From the IMG/VR virus record IMGVR_UViG_2603880150_000001: a DNA stretch of 16,352 nt; one strand, given 5' to 3'. The notes beneath the pieces are model-generated. The model worked only from the letters and a program-made list of their open reading frames with translations. It had not been told where the DNA came from and ran no database searches. Position 1 is the stretch's first letter. Each line of letters starts with the position of its first letter. Below are positions 1 through 8,124 of this stretch, piece by piece. A program made the position numbers and the translations under genes. This stretch comes from a virus. Lineage: Duplodnaviria; Heunggongvirae; Uroviricota; Caudoviricetes.

Positions 1-45
1 CACTGGAACTGGTCGATACTTCCGGTGCGCCAGATATTGAATGGC

Positions 46-651
46 CTACGCCTCCGGCAGTTCAGGCCAGATGACATCCGGCGCGGTGCTGGTATCTGTT
101 GCCGTCACCGCGTCAATGTAATCCAGCGCAGCGTTAAGTCGGGCGGTTTCTGCCTGCGTCAGATTCCGTCCGGCCTGCAATTTCAGCTGAATCAGACTAA
201 TGGAAGCCATTGCAGTATCAATCAGTGACTGACGCTGTGCTTCTGCCGCGCCTACTGCGGCGCTATGCTGTGCCACAGTATCTGTTACCCATTTCTCACC
301 ATCCCATTCATCGTATGGCGTTAACGGGGCGATAGTGGTTGTATTTTCAGGATAATCACCCGGAGCTGTGATTTCTTTCGATTCTCCTGTTTCGGTGCTA
401 TAGATGATTTCACCGCGATGGTCTGGCACATATTCCCATGAGTTTAAATCTGCCGAACGGCAGATTGCATAACCAGCCTTATGTGTGCCAGGAGCATCTA
501 AACAGGAATATGCAGGGATACCGACACCCACAGCAAGATATTCAGTTGATGCAGAAATATACTCCCGTGTCTCACTGTCATAGTTATAAACGGTAATCTC
601 TCCTGCCTTTGTGGCAATAAATTTACTATTCAAGATGGCGTTATACATCAT
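46..651 (-). CDS. G: Tail fibre assembly protein (P2 gpG / Tfa family)
   Basis: 201-aa ORF. C-terminal stretch '...LNAALDYIDAVTAT...WPELPE' is typical of Tfa-type tail fibre chaperones. Start overlaps the stop of the upstream H gene (ATGA) and the position matches P2 order H-G. Confidence 0.75.
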   Translation of the reverse strand: MMYNAILNSKFIATKAGEITVYNYDSETREYISASTEYLAVGVGIPAYSCLDAPGTHKAGYAICRSADLNSWEYVPDHRGEIIYSTETGESKEITAPGDYPENTTTIAPLTPYDEWDGEKWVTDTVAQHSAAVGAAEAQRQSLIDTAMASISLIQLKLQAGRNLTQAETARLNAALDYIDAVTATDTSTAPDVIWPELPEA

Positions 652-1793
652 GCAGCCCTCACAATGTAATTAAATGAAATATTACGTGGGCGTGTCTCTG
701 CTGCACCGACAATACTGGTACTCAACCCCGTCGCTGTTCGTTTGTTATTTTTATTTCCTTCAATCAGACAGTTGTAATCATCATTACCAATTAACGAATT
801 AGTGGCATCAATACCGTCCGGGGACAAGGCATTAGTTGTAGAACTTAAAGTCAGCATCTCGTCTGAACTTGGAAGATTTTTTAATGGTATTTCATTGCGA
901 GAAATACCCGCGTAAAAAAAGGACTCATGCCTGTGCGCTTCAAAAGAGTCATCCTGAAGACTTAGCAAGGCACGTCCCGCATCCACACCACGCCCGTCAT
1001 CCCAGCCACGAATAAACTCACCACGTAAATCAGGCAATTTATTTGTCGGATAAGCCTTTGCCAGTTCCGGGTATTCTTCAGCAGAAAAAGCGGCACCGTT
1101 GCATTTCAGCCAGCCTGTTGGCGGAGTGGCGGAAGGCCACGGAACAGGCACGCCAACGGGTAATGCCGAACCTTCTCCCAAACCAAGGTTTTTAAGAACG
1201 TCGCCGGCCAGTCCCGCGTCAACCATTTCTTTCAGAGCATTAGCGATTAACGGGTACTGCTTGTGTGGATTGGCGGCCTCAACATGTTTTTTCATCAGGT
1301 CATCAGCATATCCTTTCACCTCGATAATCTTGTCGTCGACATACTGGCGCGTTGCCAGCACGACTGCCGGGTCGATTTTCAGGGTGATTGCCGATGTGCT
1401 CGACACAATCAGAATCATGCGAATGGTCTGCGTGCGACCGCTTCCCTCCTGCAGTTGTGGCTTGTAGGTCTCCGGACAGTTCGCCACGGCAATCAGAATA
1501 CCATCATCGTCATAGAGACCAATCTCGCGGATCCAGAAACCACCTTCATTCTCGGGAATAATCTGTTCCGCGATAATCTGACTGGTATTGGCCGGGTCAA
1601 CGGTCAGCAGGTTCAGCGGCGCGATGCGTTTCTGGTTAATGAGCTTCGTCTGCGCCGGATCAGGGGTCGGCAACGTACCATTCGCATCACCGACGGCCAT
1701 CTGCGTCAGGTTGAGTTTGGTACCGAGTGCCGCCGCGTTCGCCAGCCGCGCCGCGCCCTGATTGGTCAGAATGGCAAAATATTTTGCGGTCAT
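648..1793 (-). CDS. H: Tail fibre protein (P2 gpH-like N-terminus, Stf-like tail-collar C-terminal domain)
   Basis: 381 aa. N-terminus (MTAKYFAILTNQGAARLANAA...MAVGD...GGFW.RE.GLYDD.G.LIAVAN) matches the conserved P2 H baseplate-attachment region. C-terminal part contains 'PVPWP...GWL.C.G...YP.L...LPDLRGEFIRGWDDGRG', a tail-collar-like motif. Syntenic between I and G. Confidence 0.85.
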   Translation of the reverse strand: MTAKYFAILTNQGAARLANAAALGTKLNLTQMAVGDANGTLPTPDPAQTKLINQKRIAPLNLLTVDPANTSQIIAEQIIPENEGGFWIREIGLYDDDGILIAVANCPETYKPQLQEGSGRTQTIRMILIVSSTSAITLKIDPAVVLATRQYVDDKIIEVKGYADDLMKKHVEAANPHKQYPLIANALKEMVDAGLAGDVLKNLGLGEGSALPVGVPVPWPSATPPTGWLKCNGAAFSAEEYPELAKAYPTNKLPDLRGEFIRGWDDGRGVDAGRALLSLQDDSFEAHRHESFFYAGISRNEIPLKNLPSSDEMLTLSSTTNALSPDGIDATNSLIGNDDYNCLIEGNKNNKRTATGLSTSIVGAAETRPRNISFNYIVRAA

Positions 1794-2398
1794 GCGTTCA
1801 CTCTCAGGTTATCAATCAAATGGATGGCCGAGGCCGGGTAATATTCACCGCCGACGACAATCTCCTCGGGGGTGTAGGGGTAAACAGTCAGCGCGTCGCC
1901 GTGATAGCATCCCGCGCCGACATACAGTTCGCCGGTCGAGCTCAGACTGATAGCCAGCCCGGTCAGGTGGCGACTTGCCGGTTTGGCGTCTTCAATCAGG
2001 CGCTCAAGCTCCTGATACATTTCGTCAGTGATGCCGCTGTCGAGGACGCCAACAACGAGGCGGAATGTGCCTGGCTCCTCGTCGAGTTGCCACCACTCGC
2101 GCACCTCAATCAGAAAGCCGAGCGGCTCGACGACCCGACGCAATGCGCTGATGGTGCCTTTGTGCTGATGGACGAAAAACGAGGACGCGCAGACGTTGCG
2201 CTTTGTCGCCTCCGGCCATTTCTCATCCCACCTGTCGACCGACAGCGCCCACGCCAGATACGGCAGCAGCTTTACCGGGCAGGTGCGCCAGTTCCACAGG
2301 GTGCGCAGCGGTACCGGCACGCGCTGAATCTCAGAGAACGCAGCGGCGGCGGCGACCTCCAGCGGCGACGAGCCAACGGGTAATAGCCGGTCATTCAT
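1790..2398 (-). CDS. I: Baseplate/tail protein gpI
   Basis: 202 aa. Strong similarity to P2 gpI as recalled (LLP.GSSPLEVAAA...LAWA.SVDRWDEKWPEATKR...HKGTI.A.RRVVEPLG). Overlaps J end and H start. Confidence 0.9.
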   Translation of the reverse strand: MNDRLLPVGSSPLEVAAAAAFSEIQRVPVPLRTLWNWRTCPVKLLPYLAWALSVDRWDEKWPEATKRNVCASSFFVHQHKGTISALRRVVEPLGFLIEVREWWQLDEEPGTFRLVVGVLDSGITDEMYQELERLIEDAKPASRHLTGLAISLSSTGELYVGAGCYHGDALTVYPYTPEEIVVGGEYYPASAIHLIDNLRVNA

Positions 2399-3299
2399 CC
2401 GAGCCCCCGATAGTTATCTGGTACTCGGTACAGTTCGACGCCTGCGACTTACTCAGCACTATGTCGGCCTGCGGTGATGTCAGCTCGACACGCTGCACCC
2501 CCTCAACATGCAGCGCCGCATAAATGGCTGACAGACGGATATCACGCCCGAGGCGGTGCTGCGCGCTGATGTAGCTCTGCAGCTTCTGCTCTGACGCCTG
2601 CCTGATGGGTTCAGATTCGGGGCCGGGGTAAACGTAGATCGTCGCGTCAATCTGGTACGGCACAATCTCGGCTGACTGGACGGTCACCCGGTCAGCTACC
2701 GGGCGCACATCTTCGGCGTTCAGCGCTTTATCAACAATCGCCAGTAGCTCAGGGCTGGCAGTGCCGTCCCCCTCACGCGATAGCACGGTAATCGTCACGC
2801 AGGCTGGCGACGGGCTGGCGACCGAAACGTCAGCGACCCGCCCGTCGGCGCTGCGGCCGTGATACTCATATGCACCGACCGGACCCGCCACGCTCAATCC
2901 CTCAAACGCCTGTTGCGTGCGCAGTCGCAGGTCGGTATCAGATTCCATAACGGCTGGTGTCGGCGGGATGGTGGTATCATCCGCCGGGGTGATGGTCAGG
3001 CGTTCGGTATTATTGTTCCCGGCTACGACGTCGAGGTCGTTACCGGCGGAGTAGGCCAGCGTCACCGCCTGCGCGGCTTCGTTCACCCGCTGACGCCAGA
3101 TAACTTCACGGTAGGCGTTTTCCTGCAGCAGCTTAACAACCGGCTCTGACTCAAGTGTGAGCGTCCGGGCAATGGCCTCCTGCTGGTCTTCTGGATAGAG
3201 CGATATCAGCGTCGCTTTGCGTTCCGCAAGGATGGTTTCATAGTCCAGTTCCTCAACCACATCGGGAACGGGTAACTGACTCAGGTCAACGGTTGCCAT
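2391..3299 (-). CDS. J: Baseplate assembly protein gpJ
   Basis: 302 aa, same length as P2 J. Syntenic between W and I. Codon usage is GC-rich like its neighbours. Confidence 0.85.
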   Translation of the reverse strand: MATVDLSQLPVPDVVEELDYETILAERKATLISLYPEDQQEAIARTLTLESEPVVKLLQENAYREVIWRQRVNEAAQAVTLAYSAGNDLDVVAGNNNTERLTITPADDTTIPPTPAVMESDTDLRLRTQQAFEGLSVAGPVGAYEYHGRSADGRVADVSVASPSPACVTITVLSREGDGTASPELLAIVDKALNAEDVRPVADRVTVQSAEIVPYQIDATIYVYPGPESEPIRQASEQKLQSYISAQHRLGRDIRLSAIYAALHVEGVQRVELTSPQADIVLSKSQASNCTEYQITIGGSDE

Positions 3300-3305
3300 A
3301 GTTAT

Positions 3306-3653
3306 TTAACTCAGTGAAACAGTGGTTGAAACTGACGCACCGGTATCGGTGCGCATCCCGGTAATATCGACATATATTTCGCCAGCGTCGCCGGTCTCAA
3401 AGCTGATGGCGGTAAGCCTGATGCGCGGCTCCCACTTCTGGATAGCCGAATAGCACGCCACCATAATTTGCAGCCTGAGCGCCGGGTTTTGCGGCATATC
3501 AATCAGCGCCGACAGAAGCGAGCCATATTCACGACGCATCACCCGCGAGCCGACCGGCGTCAGCAGAATGTCGCGCATGCTCTGGCTGATATGCTCGGTA
3601 TCGCTGATGCCGAGGCCAGTATTTCGGTTCATACCCTGATAACGCGCTGTCAT
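3306..3653 (-). CDS. W: Baseplate protein gpW
   Basis: 115 aa, same length as P2 W. 'MTARY.GMNR..GL...D.EHISQS..DIL.TPVGSRVMRR.YGSLL' matches P2 W as recalled. Confidence 0.9.
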   Translation of the reverse strand: MTARYQGMNRNTGLGISDTEHISQSMRDILLTPVGSRVMRREYGSLLSALIDMPQNPALRLQIMVACYSAIQKWEPRIRLTAISFETGDAGEIYVDITGMRTDTGASVSTTVSLS

Positions 3654-4285
3654 ATCGGCGCACCCGTTGTCCCGCCGCTGTCGCCGGGGTGTTTATGGGT
3701 GTGGAGCACCTTGCCATTAGATGACAGCGACCCGCCTGTATGCTCGATGTTGCCTTTCATCGTTCCGCCCTTTTGCACCTCAAGCGTCGCTGTCGTCAGC
3801 TTGTTGGTGCAAATCACCTCGGGGGTGTCGAGGGTGATACTGGTTGAGGCTTTCACCAGTACCAGCGGCACGGTTGCGGTGATGGATCCCGATGCCGTCA
3901 CGTCGGCCGTTTTGATGCCGCTGACCGTCAGCGCACTGGTCTCGGGCTCGTACTCAATGACCGCACCATCAGGGAAAACCACATGCCACGCATCCGCCGA
4001 GGCAGAGGGGGCGGGGTTATCGTCGGAGAAAATTCCAGGCAGCACGAAAGCGGTATCAAGCTCGCCACCGATTGCCAGCAGCAGAACCTGCTCACCGACC
4101 GAGGGAGCCCACCACGTCCGCGAACGACCGGCGCGGGTGGTCAGCCAGTTCAGCCATGTAGTCTGGATCCCGCCGCTTTGTACGCGGCACAGCCCTTGCA
4201 CGGTATCAACCTCAGTCACCACACCTGAGCGGATGAGGTTGCGAATCGCGCGCGCGAGCTCCTGTATCGTGGATAACGTATTCAT
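3650..4285 (-). CDS. V: Baseplate spike/assembly protein gpV
   Basis: 211 aa, same length as P2 V. Start overlaps downstream W by 4 nt. Syntenic. Confidence 0.85.
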   Translation of the reverse strand: MNTLSTIQELARAIRNLIRSGVVTEVDTVQGLCRVQSGGIQTTWLNWLTTRAGRSRTWWAPSVGEQVLLLAIGGELDTAFVLPGIFSDDNPAPSASADAWHVVFPDGAVIEYEPETSALTVSGIKTADVTASGSITATVPLVLVKASTSITLDTPEVICTNKLTTATLEVQKGGTMKGNIEHTGGSLSSNGKVLHTHKHPGDSGGTTGAPI

Positions 4286-4353
4286 AGTGCAAGGATGCCT
4301 CTGGTCTGGAGTCGCGCCAATTCGCGCGGCTCCGGTGGTGGTTCACACAATAT

Positions 4354-4803
4354 TTATTTGCCGAGATGCCTGATAATGACGTTTTCAATCATCTGCTCAT
4401 CGTCGCGGGTGAAACCGAGTAACGGGCGCGCCTCGTACTGCACATCCCGGCTGTTGCGGTTTGGTCTGTCTTTGAGCCCGTACTGATGCACCCGCGCCAT
4501 GCGCTGCACCTTGTCGGTAAACTCCACCACCGCCGCACTGTCGCTGCCTTTGGCTTTCATAAAGCGACTGGTGCGCAGTTTGGCGAACATTTCACGTTTA
4601 ATCCGACCTTTCTTGCTCCTCACCGGCTGGCGCTTTCGTGCCGCATACGGGGTGCCGTCTGGTGCCTGCTGGCGCTTGATACGTTGTTGCTGACTGGTAC
4701 GCAGCTTTTTCGCAATCTCAGCCGCCATTTGCCGACGCGCCGCCGGTGACAGGCTGGCAATCAGACCGGCAAGGCGTTCCTGCAGTGCGGTTAACTCACT
4801 CAT
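4354..4803 (-). CDS. S: Tail completion / virion morphogenesis protein gpS
   Basis: 149 aa (P2 S about 150 aa). Syntenic between R and V. Basic, lysine/arginine-rich middle region as in P2 S. Confidence 0.8.
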   Translation of the reverse strand: MSELTALQERLAGLIASLSPAARRQMAAEIAKKLRTSQQQRIKRQQAPDGTPYAARKRQPVRSKKGRIKREMFAKLRTSRFMKAKGSDSAAVVEFTDKVQRMARVHQYGLKDRPNRNSRDVQYEARPLLGFTRDDEQMIENVIIRHLGK

Positions 4804-5272
4804 CCCACTTACTCACCAGTTCGCCGTTAACGTACAGCTCGACCGGGCGCGTCACCGGCTCAGGCAGCGGCGGCTCAGGGGCATAGCTGACATGCAGCGC
4901 GCCGTCGACCTCTTTGACGAGCGTGCGCTCGGTGAGCCTCAGGCTGATACTGATATCGAGCGAATCGTCGTTATTGATATCAATAATCCAGGTGAATCCT
5001 TTTTCCCGCCCGTCGTCGGTGGTCATAATGTCCGGCTGATGCTCACGCAGCCACGCCTGCACCGGCACGAATATCAAATCAAGGTCACCGGTGAAGTCGG
5101 TCACCACCACGTTAAGCACGTACACCTTTTCAAACGACAGCGAGCTCGCCAGTCTGGAATCGGTATGGCCGTTGTCGGCAAAAAGGCGCAGCATATCGGG
5201 GTTGTTTCGGAGCTGCGGCACGGCGTTAATCAGCGCTTTGCGCAGGCTTTTGTGCTTCTGCATCGAGTTCAT
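4796..5272 (-). CDS. R: Tail completion protein gpR
   Basis: 158 aa (P2 R about 155 aa). Overlaps S start by 8 nt. Syntenic downstream of the lysis cassette. Confidence 0.8.
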   Translation of the reverse strand: MNSMQKHKSLRKALINAVPQLRNNPDMLRLFADNGHTDSRLASSLSFEKVYVLNVVVTDFTGDLDLIFVPVQAWLREHQPDIMTTDDGREKGFTWIIDINNDDSLDISISLRLTERTLVKEVDGALHVSYAPEPPLPEPVTRPVELYVNGELVSKWDE

Positions 5273-5516
5273 CCTGACAGTGTTTGACGGTTTTGACCTG
5301 TAGCGCGCAGGCGATCAGCGCGCCCTCAAGGCGGCGGATATCTGCGCTCAGGTCACCATTGGTTTTCGGGTCACTTCCCGGCATCGGGCAAAGGCTCACT
5401 CTCGGGCATCCGTTGACCACAATCACCGGCGCTGGCGCAGGCGGTGCGGATGTGCAACCGACGCACAACATCAGGTAAAGCAGCGTTATACCAGCGGCGA
5501 AAGGCCTCATTTTCAT
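5226..5516 (-). CDS. lysC: LysC, Rz1-like outer-membrane spanin lipoprotein
   Basis: 96 aa, same length as P2 LysC. Hydrophobic signal followed by a lipobox-like 'LCVGC' and a proline-rich stretch. Reading frame overlaps the 3' part of lysB and the 5' part of R, the Rz/Rz1 overlapped arrangement. Confidence 0.75.
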   Translation of the reverse strand: MKMRPFAAGITLLYLMLCVGCTSAPPAPAPVIVVNGCPRVSLCPMPGSDPKTNGDLSADIRRLEGALIACALQVKTVKHCQDELDAEAQKPAQSAD

Positions 5517-5784
5517 TAAGTAACCTCGTTATTGATTGCTCGCGGCGGCTGGCTTCCTCGCTGGCCTTTGCGAGCTGTTCACGCAGTGCCACCTGCGCAG
5601 ATTCATTACGTCTGGCAAGCTGACCGGCAACACTGAGCTGATTTTTCAGCATGCCAATCGTCGTCTTTTGTTCGCTCGCGACGCGGTTTGCTGTCTCAAA
5701 GGAGCGGGATAAATTGCCGTTCTCATGGCGCAACCACAACATCCCGAGCACAGTCAGCACCAGAAGTGTAATCAGGATTTTCAT
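5371..5784 (-). CDS. lysB: LysB, Rz-like inner-membrane spanin
   Basis: Start chosen at the internal Met (MKILITLLVLTVLGMLWL...), giving an N-terminal transmembrane helix and a coiled-coil-like remainder. This ATG overlaps the K stop (ATGA). The longer ORF from 5811 would overlap K by 31 nt. Confidence 0.7.
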   Translation of the reverse strand: MKILITLLVLTVLGMLWLRHENGNLSRSFETANRVASEQKTTIGMLKNQLSVAGQLARRNESAQVALREQLAKASEEASRREQSITRLLNENEAFRRWYNAALPDVVRRLHIRTACASAGDCGQRMPESEPLPDAGK

Positions 5785-6278
5785 TCCATTACCCCGCCAG
5801 CGGTGCGCCATACGGTGACCAGTTTGTCGAGGCTGTGCTCACGTTGGCCGTAACCGGCACCCGGTAACGACGCCCAGATATTGCGGCACCTTGAAATTGC
5901 CTGCTCAATACGCCCCGCCTTAATATCCTCAATGGCACCGCGTTCGCGGATTAACTGAATCGCAAGTTTGTCCTGCGACAACGGGCTGAAATCAGGCAAT
6001 GCGAGTTGTTTCTGATAGTGCGGCCAGTAGAGATAAAGCTGCTGGTAACGCCCTGATGCCGTGGATTTTTCGCCGCGTCGATTAAACACTTTCGCTGGTC
6101 TGCCATGTGCGAAAGGGTGGTCGGTGTAGTCGGTGAAAATTTCCGGCTTGCCATCAAGGCCAGTGACAATGACGTCGTAACCACGATTTTTCGTCAGCGG
6201 ATGCGTCGCCGTCCCTTCGGAATAGGCCAGCATGTCCAGAAATGCGGCGATATTCTGGTGAGTATTAATGACCGGCAT
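5781..6278 (-). CDS. K: Endolysin gpK (lysozyme-like)
   Basis: Start at internal Met 'MPVINTHQNIAAFLDMLAYSEGT...', giving about 165 aa as in P2 K. Motif 'LAYSEGT' is typical of lambda R / P2 K type lysozymes. The 77-codon N-terminal extension in the raw ORF lies in another frame of holin Y and is not coding. Confidence 0.85.
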   Translation of the reverse strand: MPVINTHQNIAAFLDMLAYSEGTATHPLTKNRGYDVIVTGLDGKPEIFTDYTDHPFAHGRPAKVFNRRGEKSTASGRYQQLYLYWPHYQKQLALPDFSPLSQDKLAIQLIRERGAIEDIKAGRIEQAISRCRNIWASLPGAGYGQREHSLDKLVTVWRTAGGVME

Positions 6279-6561
6279 CGCTATCCCCCTGTTGTGACTT
6301 AAAGCGGCGCTGAATGGCGATTTCCACCACCTGATAACCTGCAATGCCGAGCATGGATCCAATCCCACAAACGGCAGGCAGTGACATATCTGGAAACTGC
6401 ACCAGAACAACACCGGCGACCATTGAAACAAAACCGCCGAGCAGCATGCGGCCGATAAACAGGCGCGGGGTAATGGGCTCACCGCCCGCCAGCACTTTTC
6501 CGACAACAATCATCACGCCAATCACAAACAGTGACAGGACGCCTTTTTCCCCTTCTGTCAT
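6265..6561 (-). CDS. Y: Holin gpY
   Basis: 98 aa with hydrophobic transmembrane segments and a charged C-terminus. Near-identical in pattern to P2 Y as recalled (LSLF.IGV.IVVGKVLAGGEPITPRLFIGRMLLGGFVSMVAGVVLVQFPD). Confidence 0.85.
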   Translation of the reverse strand: MTEGEKGVLSLFVIGVMIVVGKVLAGGEPITPRLFIGRMLLGGFVSMVAGVVLVQFPDMSLPAVCGIGSMLGIAGYQVVEIAIQRRFKSQQGDSDAGH

Positions 6562-6564
6562 GGT

Positions 6565-6768
6565 TTACTCCCAAAGGTTGATAGTTTCTGTTACGGGTGA
6601 CGATGCCACGTCGGGCAGGTCAATCGCCGTGCCATGCGGCAGAATGACGCCCAGCTCAGACAGACCGGGATTAGCCTGTAGCACCGTCTCGACCACGCCC
6701 TCAGTGCGCCCGTAATACCGGGCGCAAAGCGCGTCGAGGGTGTCGCCCTGCATCGCGTAGACTTTCAT
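6565..6768 (-). CDS. X: Tail protein gpX (LysM-like)
   Basis: Start at internal Met 'MKVYAMQGDTLDALCARYYGRTEGVVETVLQANPGL...' gives 67 aa, identical in length and very similar to P2 X. Its ATG shares one base with the L stop (TGATG). Confidence 0.8.
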   Translation of the reverse strand: MKVYAMQGDTLDALCARYYGRTEGVVETVLQANPGLSELGVILPHGTAIDLPDVASSPVTETINLWE

Positions 6769-7277
6769 CAGAGCTGACCCACGATGCAGCGCGGCTTGTC
6801 CTGCAGACGCGAGACCGACCAGCGCATATCCCGCCACAGGTCATCAATGGTGGTTTCGACGCTGTCGGCTTTTTTGTCACCCTTGCCCGTGGCCTCAACC
6901 CCGCGATAACGCTCATACAGGGTGGCGGTCGCCATCGCCGTCACGGCGCTGAGGTAGTGGAAAACGCGCACATTCTCGCCGTCGATTTCCTCGGCGTCAG
7001 GCACGTCGGCCAGTGTCTTAAACCCTGCGGCAATCTGGCGCAGCCGGTAGTCGTAAAGCTCCGCATTGGTTTCCGCCATGCCGGTCTTGATGGCGTTGCG
7101 CAGGCGCGCATCGGAAACCGTCTGCTCAAGGCGCATCAGTTCGCGCACCCGCTTCGGATCCACATCAGGGAAAAAGAACGTGTTTTTAATCACTGCGTCG
7201 CCCGTCTCCGGTGCGGGAATCACCACGCCCGGTACGTCCTGCGGTTCGTCGGGCTGATTCAGTATTACTGTCGTCAT
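6768..7277 (-). CDS. L: Head completion/stabilisation protein gpL
   Basis: 169 aa, same length as P2 L. Syntenic between M and X. Confidence 0.85.
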   Translation of the reverse strand: MTTVILNQPDEPQDVPGVVIPAPETGDAVIKNTFFFPDVDPKRVRELMRLEQTVSDARLRNAIKTGMAETNAELYDYRLRQIAAGFKTLADVPDAEEIDGENVRVFHYLSAVTAMATATLYERYRGVEATGKGDKKADSVETTIDDLWRDMRWSVSRLQDKPRCIVGQL

Positions 7278-7370
7278 GACAACCTCATTAGGTTGGGCGG
7301 TGGACGCCGGTCGCCGTCAGGGTCAAAACCCACTTTGACCGGCGTGCCGCCCGGCTCGGGGAGCGTTCAG

Positions 7371-8120
7371 TTAACCGGCGGTTTTTACCGCCTTTGGTGG
7401 ACGCCCGCGCTTTGCCGCCGGTTTGTTGGCAGGTTTGCGCGTGCGCGGTTTAGTCGTTTTACGGGATGCTGCCTCTGGCTTTGGCTTCAATGCGCGCTCC
7501 AGCCGCTCAATCTCTTTGCGCACACCGGCATTGCGGTCGAGCTGCATCGCGCGCTGAAACTGTGCCAGTGCTTCGGCGCTCTGACCGGCATCGCGCAGGG
7601 TCAGGCCTGTCACCTTATGCAGTCGAGCGCGCACCATATCGGGAACGTCAGCGCCGTCGGTCAGGCTAAGGGTGGTCAGCAGTAATGCGAGGTCGACAGG
7701 CTCACCGGCATCGCGCAGGCGCAGCGCGGCAAGCGCCACCTCCTCAACCAGCATGTAAGGTGTCGTGCGGCGATAGTCAGAGGTGAGGCCGTACTTCAGC
7801 GCGTATGGAGCAATTTCCAGCGCGCCAGCGATATCACCGGCATCGAGACGCCACAGCATGACTGTCATCAGAATGTCATCCTGCGCACCACGGCCATCAG
7901 CCAGCACACCGGCGACCCACGGCGCATAGAACGGCAGCAGCTCACGCTTTTTCGCGGCTTTCAGTTCGTTTGAACGGATGGTTTTCAATGTGCGGCGGTC
8001 ATCGGCCAGCTTTACCAGCATCTGCTCGTAGGCGGTTGCATGGCGCAGCGGGGCTTGTTCCCGCTGCGCGGCTTGAGAGGCCGAGACCCGCATCATGTGA
8101 CGCTGTGCGGGGCTCGTCAT
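7371..8120 (-). CDS. M: Terminase endonuclease (small) subunit gpM
   Basis: Start at internal Met (MTSPAQRHMMRVSASQ...) gives 249 aa (P2 M about 247 aa). Basic lysine/arginine/proline-rich C-terminus. Located 4 nt downstream of the N stop. Confidence 0.85.
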   Translation of the reverse strand: MTSPAQRHMMRVSASQAAQREQAPLRHATAYEQMLVKLADDRRTLKTIRSNELKAAKKRELLPFYAPWVAGVLADGRGAQDDILMTVMLWRLDAGDIAGALEIAPYALKYGLTSDYRRTTPYMLVEEVALAALRLRDAGEPVDLALLLTTLSLTDGADVPDMVRARLHKVTGLTLRDAGQSAEALAQFQRAMQLDRNAGVRKEIERLERALKPKPEAASRKTTKPRTRKPANKPAAKRGRPPKAVKTAG

Positions 8121-8124
8121 GGGC

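Noticed and set aside
1-45. Possible 3' end of a further minus-strand gene upstream of G
   Set aside because: Only 45 nt are available. Cannot be supported from the window.
25-228. 67-aa plus-strand ORF at the window start
   Set aside because: Antisense to the tail fibre assembly gene. Cys/Arg-rich translation. Spurious.
1099-2383. Plus-strand ORFs of 122-218 aa (1099-1467, 1263-1841, 1727-2383, 1762-1950) overlapping tail genes H and I
   Set aside because: They are antisense to well-supported P2-like genes in GC-rich DNA, where long spurious ORFs are expected. No ribosome-binding site and no recognisable protein features.
3468-4373. 301-aa plus-strand ORF spanning W and V
   Set aside because: Antisense to two conserved baseplate genes. 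Low-complexity Ser/Pro/Val-rich translation typical of a wrong-frame reading of GC-rich sequence.
6957-7685. 242-aa plus-strand ORF across the L/M region
   Set aside because: Antisense to head completion and terminase genes, Arg/Cys-rich translation, no synteny support.
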